DNA of 64,000 bases from the human T2T-CHM13v2.0 reference genome, Homo sapiens. The position numbers and the translations under genes were made by a program. Every line of letters begins with the position of its first letter. The stretch's first letter is position 1. Under the pieces are notes generated by a model that did no database searches, was not told the DNA's origin, and saw nothing but the letters and a program-made list of their open reading frames with translations. The DNA lies in NCBI RefSeq assembly GCF_009914755.1, contig NC_060932.1; one strand, 5' to 3'. This document shows, one piece after another, positions 19,073 through 31,175 of this stretch.

Positions 19073-19737
19073 CGACAGAGTATGACTGGAGGCAGAGACT
19101 GGAAAAAATAAAAATCTTTATTTTGATAATGCATCAGCCAGTTCCTGTTAAAAAATCAGTTTCCACAATATGTCCCAAATCTCTTCGGGCCCATGTATGC
19201 TTCCTCTGTGCTGCCTTCCCCAGCTGTCCTGGCTGGGAGCGTGCATGCCCTCTTCAAAGGTCCTTCCTCATAGGACTTGCTCCAGGCTTCTTCATCTGCA
19301 GACTTGCGGGTCTCACACACTTTTGCGTTTTGCCACATGGGTAGATTTGAAAGAACTTCATGAAGTTATGCACTTTTGTTTGTATTATGAGCCAAATGTG
19401 CTTTCATGTTTCACAGCCAACTTAATTTACTGAATGAAAAAAATAAAAAATCAATATATAAACTTTAAAGGCAGATGGCATATTCTTTTTGTCCACTGCA
19501 TATTAGATTACCTCACACTTACTGCCCACTGAGTGTCTTGAAACCACACACATTTGCTATCTCACAGTCTCTAGGGGTTGAAAGGCCAAGAGTGGTGTGA
19601 CAGGGTCCTCTGCTCAGGGTCTCACAGGGCTGCAGCTGAGGTGTTGGTGAAGGATGGAGTCTCACCTGGGGGCTCGACTGGGGAAGAATCCACTTCACCA
19701 TTTGCATGGCCATTGGCAGCTTTCTGTCCCCTGCAGT

Positions 19738-20066
19738 CCAGTCATTTTCCTTTTCTTCTATTTCACTTTCTGCAGTTTCCATTACCTGCAGTGAACTGTA
19801 GTGCAGAAACATTAAATGAAAAATTCCAGAAATAAACAATTTATAAGTTTTAAATTGGGTGCCATTCTGAGTCGCATGATGAAATCTTGAACCATCTCTT
19901 TGTCCCGTGTCTCCATGCTGGTAGGCTTGTGTGCTGTCAGTCACTCAGTAGCTGTCTAGGTTGTCAGATCAAACCAGCACGGTGTAGATAGGTTTGGGAG
20001 TATCCACAGTGTCAGGCATCCACCAGGGGCTTGGAGTGTATCCTGCAAGGACAAGGGGGATCTGTG
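19738..20066 (+). mobile_element. MER44A-like (TcMar-Tigger7 derivative)
   Basis: aaattccagaaataaacaatttataagttttaaattg and caggcatccaccaggggcttggagtgtatcc motifs. Confidence 0.85.
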
Positions 20067-20091
20067 TTTGTAGGAAGGAGAGCTTCAGTTT

Positions 20092-20446
20092 CCTTTTCTT
20101 TTCTTTCTTTTTTTTTGTTTGTTTGTTGTTTGTTTTTTTTTTTTTTTTTTTTGTCTGTTTGAGAGGGAGTCTCGCTCTGTCACCCAGGCTGGAGTGCAAT
20201 GGTGTGATCTTAGCTCACTGCAACTTCCACCTCCTGGGTTCAAGTGAGTCTCCTGCCTCAGCTTTCAGAGCAGCTAGAATTATAGGCACCCACCACCACA
20301 ACCTGCTATGTTTTTTGGTTTTTTTTTTTTGTATTTTTAGTAGAGACAGGGTTTCATCATGGTCTCAAACTCCTGACCTCAGGTGATCTGCCCACCTCCA
20401 CCTCCCAAAGTGCTAGGATTACAGGCATGAACCACCACGCCTGGCC
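20092..20446 (-). mobile_element. AluS with long mixed T tail
   Basis: Dimeric Alu, TSD agcttcagttt at 20081 and 20448; ~12-bp deletion in left arm. Confidence 0.92.
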
Positions 20447-21567
20447 AAGCTTCAGTTTTCTGTTGACTGGAGGCAGGAGGCCTCCAGTCAAGGAACTGAG
20501 GTTCCTTGCTACATGGGCTTCACCAACAGAGTTTTTTATCTCATCAAGCCTGCAAGGAGAGTCTCTGGCACAAGTCTACTGTGAGATGGAGCCCTACAGA
20601 GCTTTGGCAACCACTGAAAGGACATCTCCCCACCTTGCCACATTCTATTTGTTGTCCTGTCCACCCTCAAGGAGAGAGGTAGCACCAAGGCGCACAGTCA
20701 GGTGGTGGGGGTTGTTGTTGGTCCTACTGTCTGCCTGCCACAGATGGTAAAGGTGTTCATATGTTCTGCAAAACCCCGAATTGAACTAATTAGTAGCAAA
20801 CTGAGGAGCTGACTGAGGTCCTTACCTTTTCCCTGCCTGAGTATAAGAAGAGGAAGGAGGCAAATTCATTTCTCCCTAGCATCTCCTGCAGACGGAGTGG
20901 TCTCCAGGCCTCCCTGTCCACGGTTGACTGAAACCAGCCCCAGTGAGGAGCTTCCTCACAGGACTTGCTTGGTCTTCAAGGGAAATCTTCCTATTTTTAA
21001 GGAAATTTTAGGAAGAGTTCCTTTAATTCCATCTAGCTAGAAACCTGTCTACTCATAGAAGCTGTCACATCAGAAAGGGCTTTTTTATCTGGACAACAGC
21101 AGCAAAAATATCCCAGCCAGTCAAGTTTTTCTCTATAGGGAAACTGAGGCTCAGAACCAAAGACCCCAGAGGGCGGCTCGGCATGATGGTAGCAGAGTTC
21201 TGGGTCTCCCAAGGCACTGGCTGAGATTTGACTCCCCAGATGCTGCCATTTCTCTTTCAATGGCGGGGGATGTTAGCGCAGTCCTGAACTTCGTCAGCAA
21301 CCACTAGCCACAGAGTAGCTCTGGCAGGAGAGTGGGAAAATCAGAGGAGAACATTGTGCCCCTTCATAGCAAATGAGTTCTGAAGAGACTGTCTTAAAGT
21401 TCAAAGTACTTTTTTTCTGACGTGAAAACTTTAAATTACTGTTCGTATGTTCCATGAAAGGTATTTTGTTTTTTACATTTCTGGTTTCATCAGGAAGAAA
21501 GTTGTGTTTTAATCTATTAATACCTTGTAGAATTATTTACAGTCAATTCAGACCATTAGTTCCCCTC

Positions 21568-21913
21568 TGTCCTAGTTCGGGCTGCTATAGTGGAATACCA
21601 TAGACTGGGCTGCTATGGGCAAAATTAATTTCTCCCAGGAGGTTGGAAGTCTGAGTTCAGGGTGCCAGCATGGTCAGGCCCTGGTGCGGGCTTTCTTCGG
21701 GAATGCAGACTGTGGGCTTCCCATCGTATCCTCACGTGGCACAGAGAGAACTCCCTGGGGTCCCTTCCATAAGGGCACTAATCCTGTTCACAACGGCTCC
21801 ATCCTCATGACCTAATCACTCTCCAAGGGCCCCACCTTCTAAGGTCATGACATGGGAGGATGTGTTAGGGTTTCACGAAGTGAATTTTGTGGAGACACAT
21901 TCAGTTCATTGCA
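21568..21913 (-). mobile_element. MLT1A-like MaLR LTR
   Basis: gggctgctata...ataccatagactggg start, cctcatgacctaatcac core, cattcagttcattgca end. Confidence 0.85.
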
Positions 21914-22078
21914 TTCTTTTAACCAAAAGGCTATGTTCTTGATTTAGGATTTGCACATTATAATAGTAGTTTGGGGTAATAAGGAAGGGTTTAAACCTGG
22001 AGCTATTCTGAAAAATAGAATATACACCAGTACACGGGGGAAATATTTTAAATGAATCTTCAATTCTTGTTTGTGGAG

Positions 22079-22262
22079 CGGTGGTTCTCAAACATTAGCA
22101 TGCATAAAAACCACCAGGGAAGTGTGTTATAAAAGTAGATCCCAGGATTCCATCCCAAGATCCTGATCCATGAAGTCTGCTAAAATGCTCTGCAGTTGTT
22201 TGTCTTTTGATAAGCACCCAGGTGAGGTGAGGCAGGTGCACAGAGCTGTCCTGAGAAGCCTG
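22079..22262. mobile_element. MER5-family hAT transposon, followed by MIR (~22285-22400)
   Basis: gtggttctcaaac start; aagcacccaggtga; tgagaagcc end. Confidence 0.75.
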
Positions 22263-23599
22263 GCAGCCTCCGTGTCTCATCCAAAGCCTCGCTTTATAGA
22301 TGGAGAGCTCAGGTCCAGAGAGGTGGATGATGTGCCCACATCTGGGCAGGTCATAAGAACCCCAGCTCCACTCTCAGGTCAGTCAGTATTCCTCTCAGGT
22401 TGTCATTTCTCACAGGAAGATTTCTCCTGATTTATATTTTAAAGAGAAGAAGCACTGCAGGAAGATGGCATAAAGTAGAATTTGAAGAAAGTTCCGAAAC
22501 TGATAACTTTGCAAAAGTAAATAAAATTAAAAAAAATTAACTATTTTTCATCAATTCCGTGTCTTGAATTGATTCCTTGCAGGATGGTTAGAGAGATGGG
22601 GGAGTCATAAAAGAAAGCAGGCTCTCTCCTGACACTGCATTTTTCCTCTGCTGCTCCCACTTGCCTCCTGTGTTACCTCGGTGCCCCTTGGAGATTTGCT
22701 CCTTGCAAACCATGCACCCATAGGCTCTCAGGGCATGCTTGGGGCTGGCCTTGAAAAGCAGCCCAGGAACATTCCTAGTGCTGCATAAATGCTGGTTATG
22801 AGACCAGCACACTTGCTCAATAAAGCACTGGGACTGTGCAGTGTCAGCCCACATGGCAGGATGATGAGGGCCAAGGACCCTGCTTGGGCTTGAGCCATGC
22901 TTTGCTGTTTATCTTTGTCATCTAAATGACTTTTCTTTCTCATTTGGTCTGAATTCTGAAAATCAATATTTTAAACACAGAGGACAAAATAGAATGAATA
23001 AAATTAATTGTCACATTGGGAAGGAACATCATTCTGGTGAGATTTGAAATCACAAATTAGTTATCATTTTTAGAAAGCTGAAAGAAAATGGCTTTGATGG
23101 AAGAAGTTAATTGAGCAGTTTAGTTTCTTCCCTCCTGAAACCTAATTCAGAACCTGAAGTAAACGGATAGTCCGGGGACAGCGCCCTGGGAGCTCTCTGT
23201 GAACAATGGTGCTCTTGGGATCTGTACTGACACGTCCAGCCCGAGAGCCAAGAGCAGAGCCTGTCGTGGCCTCGATGCCAGTGTGCCTGAGAGACAGCAC
23301 CCAGTGGGTGTCTCACACAGCCTCCTCTGGATGCCATCACAGGCGGCCTGCAGTAAAGGAACATTTTGCCATTAGATGATAGAATCTTTTCTAAAAGTTG
23401 GCAGAACTCCACAGTTCCACCTGTCAAGTTCAGCCTCCTTAGAAATCCCTCAATTAAAACTGGGCTCAGGACTAGAGGTGTGCCTGTGTTGCTGGGTTTG
23501 ACTTGGACCCGACCGGCTGGGGAAGGTCATGCCTGCCTTTGCTGTTTGTTGCAGTAACACGTTGCTCACAGCAAGCTGTCTTGGGGGTGTGGTAGAGCT

Positions 23600-23880
23600 G
23601 AGATGTGAGAATGACTCATAAAACAAATCTCAGGCTGGGGACTTGTTCCTATGGGATTCCCACGTTACGTGGGAAAGTGTAGAGCACACTGTACACATCC
23701 ACCCTGGAGCCAACTGTTTGGATGCTATATTGTGAGTGATTGGTCCCTGAGTGCAGGCAAAGTGTCAGGGTGTTTCAGCAGCAACACCCACGTGGGGTAG
23801 AGTTGGAAGAAGTGCCAGCAGCTATGTCATGCATCCATTTTTAATAGTTATTTAATTCCATTTTTCTAGCCTGAGTCAAT
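23600..23880. promoter_or_regulatory. Candidate enhancer: palindromic double RBPJ site, AP-1 x2, NF-kB-like site, E-box
   Basis: TTCCCACG 23657-23664 and CGTGGGAA 23668-23675; TGACTCA ~23613; TGAGTCA ~23872; GGGATTCCC 23653-23661; CACGTG ~23789; non-repetitive context. Confidence 0.5.
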
Positions 23881-25415
23881 CACCAAAAAGGTTGAGAAAT
23901 TTCAAAGCTGGATATATCAGATTTGTATCAGATGTTCAATTTGTTATAAAACAAACAGCTTTAAGAGTGTTCTGGTAATACATAGAGACAACTATATGTT
24001 TTAAAAATAAGTTCTTAAAGTTGTTATCAGCTTATGTCATAAAACTGATGATGGTAGAAATACACCTTTATTGTATATTAAATTTTTTTATATTTAAAAT
24101 ATATTTTTAATTTAAATTTGAACTGTTTAGTTTCTTTTTTCTTTTTTCCTTTATGGATTTGGCAAATGGCATAAATTTAGTTTTTAATGTGAGACTTAGA
24201 AATCTAGACTGCAGCTCTTTGAAAAAGATAATTTCTAAAGCACTTAATTTAAGATTTGGTATGACTTTGTTGTAATGCAATGTTGGCAGACATAATAGAC
24301 ATATATTAATTTTTTAAAAAGAAAGTAAACTATTTTGCTCTACTCTAAAAGGCTTAGGATGATATTAAATGTGGCTTAAAATAACTTGTACATTAGTAAC
24401 AGCTTTAATTTTAATATTTCCATGTTTATTAGTGGAGACCACTTTGATCTGCAGTGCTCTGCTAGCTTTTGATTTAAACTGATTTTGGTTATGAACTAAG
24501 TGGGAAAGATCACACATTTTTTTGTTTCGACTGTTCTGAAACCACTTTACTTAAACACTCTACAAATAAAACTGACTAGTTGGCCAGTGCCAATGAAATT
24601 TACATATAAAGGTGGCCATGAAATCTTGCATGTCTTGTCATTTTAGTCTGGTTCCAAGGATAAATACCTTGGTTTCAAATCCAAATTTATTCACTTTCTT
24701 AAAAAATATGCTATTTGCATGTATTTTTAAAGCACATAGGCCTTTTTTTAAGCCAACATTTTGAGGAATCAGGGTGGTACTCAGAGGCATTGTGTATGGA
24801 CTTGGACATAGCTGCTTTCTTTTCTACCTGGGGTCTGCTGATGGGATTTGGTCCCATAAGGGAGGGCAGAGATGGGCTGTGGCTTCCTTCCCAGTGATCC
24901 CAAGGCCTGGCATGGCTCTAGCAACATAGCAGGTGCTCAATAAATATTTGTAGAACCAGTAAGTGAAATGCTTGATAATTTCATTTTTTAATTAATCAGT
25001 TAATAAATAACAACTTTGGGAGAAAGTGCTTAGTGTGACGACAAATGGTTCACTGCTTCTGCACTTACTGGTCCTTTTCCCACCTATAGGCAGCTGTCAT
25101 AGAGAAATACTTCAGAGGTACTTCTCAAACCAACCTAAATTTCTTTCCTTTTGTATATGACTATATAATATATGATTTATATGAATACATCATTATATAC
25201 AATTATAAATAATATAAATATATACTTTGAGTATATTGATATGACATATACATATATATAGTATTTATCCATTTTCCTTTTGGAAAGGCAAATGATATGG
25301 GACTAGAAAGGAAATTGCCACGGTGCCAGTGTTTCTGCATGGTCCTGCTTGCTGCCTGCTTTTTCTCCGCCCCCAGTTTCTTTGGTTGAGGCTCATTTTC
25401 AAAAAAATTTGTCTT

Positions 25416-25540
25416 CGGAAGGCTGAGGCAGGAGAATCGCTGGAACCGGGGAGTCAGAGGTTACAGTGAGCCGAGATCACACCACTACACTCCAGCCTGG
25501 GTGAGAAGAGCGAAACTTCATCTCAAAAAAAAAAAAAATA
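25416..25540 (+). mobile_element. 5'-truncated Alu (right arm only)
   Basis: Right-monomer sequence, A tail, TSD-like aaaatttgtctt / aaaattgactt. Confidence 0.88.
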
Positions 25541-25695
25541 AAAATTGACTTGATTCAGTTACTTAAAAAACCCTTAAGAAGGCACAAGTTCTCAGCCACT
25601 TTGCACCAAGTTCTCAGTAAAAATTAAAATGTCCTCAAGAAAATGAAATGGTCTGAACATCCATTTTTGGGTGCTTCTAAGTATGTGTTCTTTCC

Positions 25696-25848
25696 ATTTT
25701 TTTATTTTAATTTTTAGTTTTCGGTACATATGCAGGATGAGCAATATCCAGAATCTACAAGGAACTCAAATTTACAAGAAACAAACAAATAACCCCATTA
25801 AAAAGTGGGCAAAGGATGTGAACAGACACTTCTGAGAAGAAGACATTT
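25696..25848. mobile_element. Tiny inverted L1P fragment (- strand 3' terminus joined to + strand ORF2 piece)
   Basis: ggtacatatgcaggatg (antisense L1 3' end) then atatccagaatctacaaggaactc...gaacagacacttc (sense ORF2). Confidence 0.7.
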
Positions 25849-25949
25849 GGTTTTTTATAAACAGTATTAAATGTGTGTGGCTATTTTGCATAAGAGTCAA
25901 CCAGGAAAGAACCCTAATAAATGTCGTTTTGCAGAATGGATTAGGCATT

Positions 25950-26220
25950 GAGGGCAGTGCCAGGTTCCCATCCTATCAACGGCGTGAGAAAATTTCCCAG
26001 GGTGTTCCACGGCTGGGAACCTGCTGCGCCGCTTTGTCCCTGGCCACTCGTGGCCCATCCCTAGAAGCCAACAGCCTCGCTCACTCCGGCGCACCTGCAA
26101 GCCCGGCTGGAGGCAGCTTTCCCACACCGCTGCTGCCGCTTGGCTTCCTGGAGATTGTGAAACCTGTTTATTGAGTGCGTTTCACGGCAAGCTATGGATT
26201 ATGCATTTCCCAGGAAGCCC
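25950..26220. promoter_or_regulatory. CpG-enriched candidate enhancer with RBPJ/STAT/EBF-like sites
   Basis: CGTGAGAA 25983-25990, TTCCCACA 26119-26126, TTCCCAGGAA ~26206-26215, local CpG retention. Confidence 0.4.
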
Positions 26221-28890
26221 TGCCCTTTCTGTTAGGGTGGATAATTAGTTCATCGGGTTAAATTTTACTGTGTGGCCTGCCAAAGCTTTGAATGCTGTCA
26301 CTTTCTAGGGGTTGTTTCTGGTCACTCAGAAGAGTTTGATACAGCAAAGTTCTTTGATCCTCTTGGGAATCAGATTCAGTTTAGTGGCACTCATTCAGTG
26401 TGTCTCTACTTAACAAACTCACAGATCAAAACAAGTAGGTCTTATACCTCCCAAACACATCCTACCCAGGATAAGATTGAAATAAAGCCAATGCCTCTGG
26501 CTGTCACCACAGAGCACCTTCTCTGTCTCAGGCCACACTGCACTGCTGTGGAAAGGGGGTCCCTGATGCTGGAGATTCAGGCTCTGACACTCTGCACGGA
26601 GCCACCGCTCTACCTGACTTCATCACGTGGCCCCTTTTTCATGTCAAAATACATAAAAATTTGTGGAAACCACCCCATTTGGGGAACTTGTTTTTTCTCT
26701 CCTCAAAACTCAAATTTGCTGAGATGATCCACCAGCACTGGGTAAGCAAGGACTAACAAAATTGAGAGGGAAGAGCCAGGACGCATCTGAAACCACGATG
26801 TTTGAGAAGTATCATTCGCTTCTTTTTATCTTGCTGTACCTTTGCTCTAACCTCAAGCAAAACTCTCTATGATGGCTTCCATGAACAATCAGTTACAAAG
26901 ATTAAACAAAACATAGCCTCGAATGCACTTTCTGTGCGTGGATTCCTCTCTCAGATGCACTCTTGCTCCACTATGCGGACCTCTGACTTCCACTGGGTTG
27001 AGGGGTGCACTTGTGAGGGACGGGCTGGCCCAGGGGACTTTAGGAGGTCAGGGGGTGGCTCTTCTAGGGATGGGCATGGTGCCCTCTCAATCCAGCACAC
27101 GGAAAGTAAAATAGCTCCCTTAGTCCTTTATTATCATGTGTTCCAATGCAATCTATTATTTTTTAGTGAAGAACAAAAAATAAAACACATGAAGGTAAAT
27201 TTGGTTTTGTCTTTGTGCCGGATCCTCAGGAAAATGGAATCGAGTGCTCTGTCTTCTCACATCAACCTACTGCTTCCCACTGGCTATACTGATGACCCAC
27301 AGGGTCATTCATTTTTCTGAATAATGCAAGTTGTAACCTATATGAATGGTTCAAGATTTGACTGCTGTTTGAGTCTGTTTCATGAGAAGTTAGAAGTTCT
27401 GCATTAACTGCTTTTGCATTCAGTGCTATTGCAAACCTTAGGTGGTGTGCAGGGTTCACTCATTAACTATTCAAACTCGTGGAAGTCATGATAAGTATCA
27501 GGCACTGTACGAGGTCCCGGGACACAGTGATGAACAAAATCGCTCTCTCCTGACTGGTGGAGTAACTCTACAGCCTGGTGAGAAAGAAAAAAGTGACCTG
27601 TGGGCAGAAAGTACTCGATAGTCTATTTGTGTGTGTTTTCTATTATCTTAAATATTTTAAATTATATTTTGGTATTGTATTATTTAGCATATACAATATA
27701 AAAGTACATGTACATACTTTGAAATGAATAAATATATATGTTGCATAGATGAATTAAATGGATTTTTTCCTAATAAATGAGATAAAACAGATGTGGGGAT
27801 GGTCTGAAGGATGGTCAATGAGTGAAAGTCAGCCAGAAGGTAGAGAGGCTTGGCTCACATAGCAGTTGGCAGTGATTGGATGTGCAGTGAGCACCGTGCT
27901 GGTCCTGGCTTCTGTGTCCTGATACACACTGCTGCTGTCCGCTTGGAATTTCCTTTTGCAGCTTGTCCACCCAATTCCCACGCATTATCACTGGGCTTGG
28001 CTGAGCTGCCTCCTCCAGGCAGCCGTCAGGGCCGCGGAGGCAGTGTGCAGAGCTGCGCCTATAGGCTCCTCAGTTCCTGAGATAAGCGGCGAGGGCACCG
28101 CACCGCAATGCCACTGTGCCCTCTGTTCTGTGGCTGTTGGCGGTGGCATTGCCTCTCTGTGACAACACTGCTTCTCATTCTCAGCCTCTGTTTCCCTGTG
28201 GGTTGCCCCACACTGTGATAGTCTCTGCACCTCCGAGATGCCAGATGCCAGCTCCCTAGAGGTGGAAAAGCCTTGAGGAAGAGGGCCCGTGCAAGGTGTG
28301 GTCACTCCAAGTATGGGGCCAGGAGGAAGACTATGGAGCTGCTGTGAGGGGTCGCCCTGAGCTGAGGGCCCCGGGTCCCACATGAGCCGCAGTGGACAAG
28401 GGGCGAAGTGCGTCTCTGCTGGGACATTGGCAGAGGTGCTGAAAGCTAATGAGGAGTGCAAGCTCATTGGAAGACAGCAAAGGGGGCACGTTTTCGTGTG
28501 TATCTCTCTTTCATTAAAGCTCATTGTATAGGGAGGTAGTATTATTATTATGAAAACTTTTGCATGTAGTAAAATATCATTGATCTCTCTTGCCATAAAA
28601 AGATTTGAAGAGGTTCAGCCATTCCAGTCTTCAGGTTGAAAACTGGTGTCACTTTTTAGACCTACTGTCCACTGTAGATTCCTTATGTAAACTTTAGGAC
28701 TTCAGTGACTTGACCTCATTGCCAGGCTTAACTCCAGGCTCTTCGCATTTGACTGGCTTTGTGGTCAACTGTCCAGCCTGCAGCTGCACTCGTCATTGTG
28801 TTACTGCTTTTTACCTGAATCCTAATTTACCACAGAACATTCTGGCTATACTACACTGTGAGAAGTTAGTCAGGCCAAGGTAGGGAAAAT

Positions 28891-29723
28891 TGAGAGGTGA
28901 AGCCAGCTGAGCTTCTGGGTGGGGTGGGGACTTGGAGAACTTTTGTGTCTAGCTAAAGGATTGTAAATGCATCAATCAGTGCTCTGTGTCTAGCTAAAGG
29001 ATTGTAAACGCACCAATCAGCACTCTGTAAAATTGCACCAATCAGCACTCAGTATCTAGCTAAAGGATTGTAAATGCACCAATCAGCACTCTGTGTCTAG
29101 CTAAAGGATTGTAAACGCACCAATCAGCACTCTGTGTCTAGCTAAAGGATTGTAAACGCACCAATCAGCATTCTGTAAATGGATGAATCAGCACTCTGTA
29201 AAACGGACCAATCAGCGCTCGGTAAAATGGACCAATCAGCAGGATGTGGGCGGGGCCAAATAAGGGAACAAAAGCTGGCCACTGCAGCCAGCAGGGGCAA
29301 CCCACTTGGCCCCTTTCCATGCTGTGGAAGCTTTGTTTTTTTGCTCTTTACAATAAATCTTGCTGCTGCTCACTCTTTCGGTCCGCACTACCTTTATGAG
29401 CTGTAACACTCTCTGCAAGGGTCTGTGGCTTCATTCCTGAAATCAACGAGGCCACGAACCCACTGGGAGGAACAAACAACTCTGGACGTGCCACCTTTAA
29501 GAGCTGTAACATTCACTGCGAAGGTCTGCAGCTTCACACCTGAAGTCAGCGAGACCATGAACCCACCAGAAGGAAGCAACTCCAGAGACATCTGAACATC
29601 TGAAGAAACAAAGTCTGGACACACCATCTTTAAGAGCTGTAACACATACTGCGAGGGTCTACGGCTTCATTCTTGAAGTCAGTGAGACCAAGAACCCACA
29701 AGAAGGAATAAATTCCGGACACA
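28891..29723 (+). mobile_element. LTR12-family (HERV9) solo LTR, LTR12F-like
   Basis: TGAGAGGTGAAGCC start, ccggacaca end, 4-bp TSD AAAT (28887-28890 and 29724-29727), tandem CCAAT repeats, GC box, AATAAA. Confidence 0.95.
28944..29240 (+). repeat. Tandem ~41-bp and ~24-bp CCAAT (NF-Y) repeats in LTR12 U3
   Basis: Repeated tgtgtctagctaaaggattgtaaacgcaccaatcagcactc; about seven intact CCAATCAG. Confidence 0.9.
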
Positions 29724-30219
29724 AAATTACCAGGAAGGCTTGGTGTAAGCAGTTAGAAAAATGAAACCATAAGCATAGGAGGCTTCCAAGTGAGTCAGAA
29801 GGAACTGCAAGCCAATCTCTGCACTCCTCTTGAAAATGTGTCCTCCTCAGATTTTCATGCTTGTTGTTCATTATAAGCCGCTAGACTAAGTGGCATCACT
29901 GGAGTACATGTCAGCCATTCATAAAATGGTGTGGGTAGATGGCAAGCTGTGTGCAGCACGTAGGAAAAGCTGAGTCTTCCTCACTAGTTTGTGCCAGATG
30001 CCCTGATGGACCTGTTTGTTTTTAATCGCAAAAGAGTTGCCCAGCAAGGGGGCCTGGAAGATTCCTTCCTTAATGGAAAGCACCAGGACTTCAGTTACTA
30101 TTATGATATAGCATCAAAAGCAAGTAAAACAAAACAAAACATTTTCCTCATATTTTCCTGTGATCTATTACAAGGCATGTCTCTAAGTTTTGCTTTATAT
30201 GGCTTGTGTTTTGTAGTCT

Positions 30220-30845
30220 ATTAGAGTAAGGCACTTGTCTTAACAAATAACTCTAAAATCTCAGGGTTTTAATGCAGTGGTTTATTTCTCACAGTTTGCA
30301 TCTAGACTTGGAGATGATAAAGGAGGGTGGAGACAATTAAGTGGATATGCAGGATGGAGGGATGGGCAGTGCTTGCTCCACAGAGTCACTCAGAGATCCA
30401 GCCTCTCTCCACCTGCAATGTCGGCCATTGTCTACAGCCAGGTTTCTCAATCTCAACACTATCAACATTTTGGGCTGGGTAAATAGTTGTTGTGGGCACT
30501 TTCCTCTGCACTGTAAGATGGTCAGCAGCATCCCTGGTCTCTACCTACCAGTTGCCAATAACACCCTGCCCAGTTGTGACAACCAAAATATCTCCAGACA
30601 TTGCCAGTGTCCCTTGGGGGCAAAATTGCCCCTGAGAGCCAGTGGTCTAGGGCCTCCACATCCTCCCTGGGCTCCTGTGAAATGACAGGAGAAGCACAGG
30701 TGACAGGAGCAGAGAGAAGGAGTGGAGGATCACACAGGGAGCTTTGCCAGCCAGTGCTAAAAACTGTGTGTCTCATTTAACCCACATTCCATTGGCCAGA
30801 CATAGTCACACGATGGTACAAAGAAGGCTGAGAGTTGCAGTGAAG
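30220..30845 (-). mobile_element. Old MLT1 (I/J/K-like) LTR split by MER20
   Basis: taacaaataactctaaaatctcag and cccacattccattggccaga motifs. Confidence 0.65.
30438..30644 (-). mobile_element. MER20 (hAT-Charlie)
   Basis: cccagttgtgacaaccaaaatatctccagacattgcc core; TSD-like gtctacag / gtctaggg. Confidence 0.88.
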
Positions 30846-31029
30846 CTGTGAAAAAATAGAAAACCCCTAAAAGACACAAGTAATATTTTTACTTAAAATG
30901 ACAATGATAGACTGTATAATAAATGAATGTTCTGATTCTCTGCAAATAATATCTATCTTCACATATTTCTGAATTTTTCTTCCTGGTCAATTGCAGCTGA
31001 TTTTTGGTGGAGATATATCTATATATACA

Positions 31030-31175
31030 TTTTTTTTAATTGAAAAATTTTTAAGAAATGAGACAGGGTTTTGCCATGTTGCCCGGGCTGGTCTCAAACT
31101 CCTGGACTCAAGCAATCTGCCCACCTTGGCCTCCCAAAGTGCTGGAATTACAGGTGTAAGCCACTGCGCCTGGGC
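31030..31175 (-). mobile_element. FLAM/AluJ left monomer
   Basis: Left-arm Alu sequence only, with T-rich tail. Confidence 0.85.

Larger units (their letters stand above)
19480..20750 (-). mobile_element. MLT1-type MaLR LTR interrupted by MER44 and an Alu
   Basis: ctcagggtctcacagggctgcag...ggaagaatccacttc motif; resumes after 20447. Confidence 0.7.

Noticed and set aside
25155-25265. TA-rich tract (likewise (TG)n at 7405, (CCT/CTT)n at 52262)
   Set aside because: Ordinary low-complexity or microsatellite sequence
25983-26012. Possible canonical SPS paired Notch site
   Set aside because: Second half-site is imperfect and the spacing is 13-14 nt, not 15-17
27988-28596. 202-aa ORF on - strand (likewise 26802-27320 and 54417-54944)
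   Set aside because: No domain or family resemblance and no supporting exon structure
28944-29240. Regular repeats resembling a CRISPR array
   Set aside because: No unique spacers; these are the known CCAAT tandem repeats of LTR12 in primate DNA
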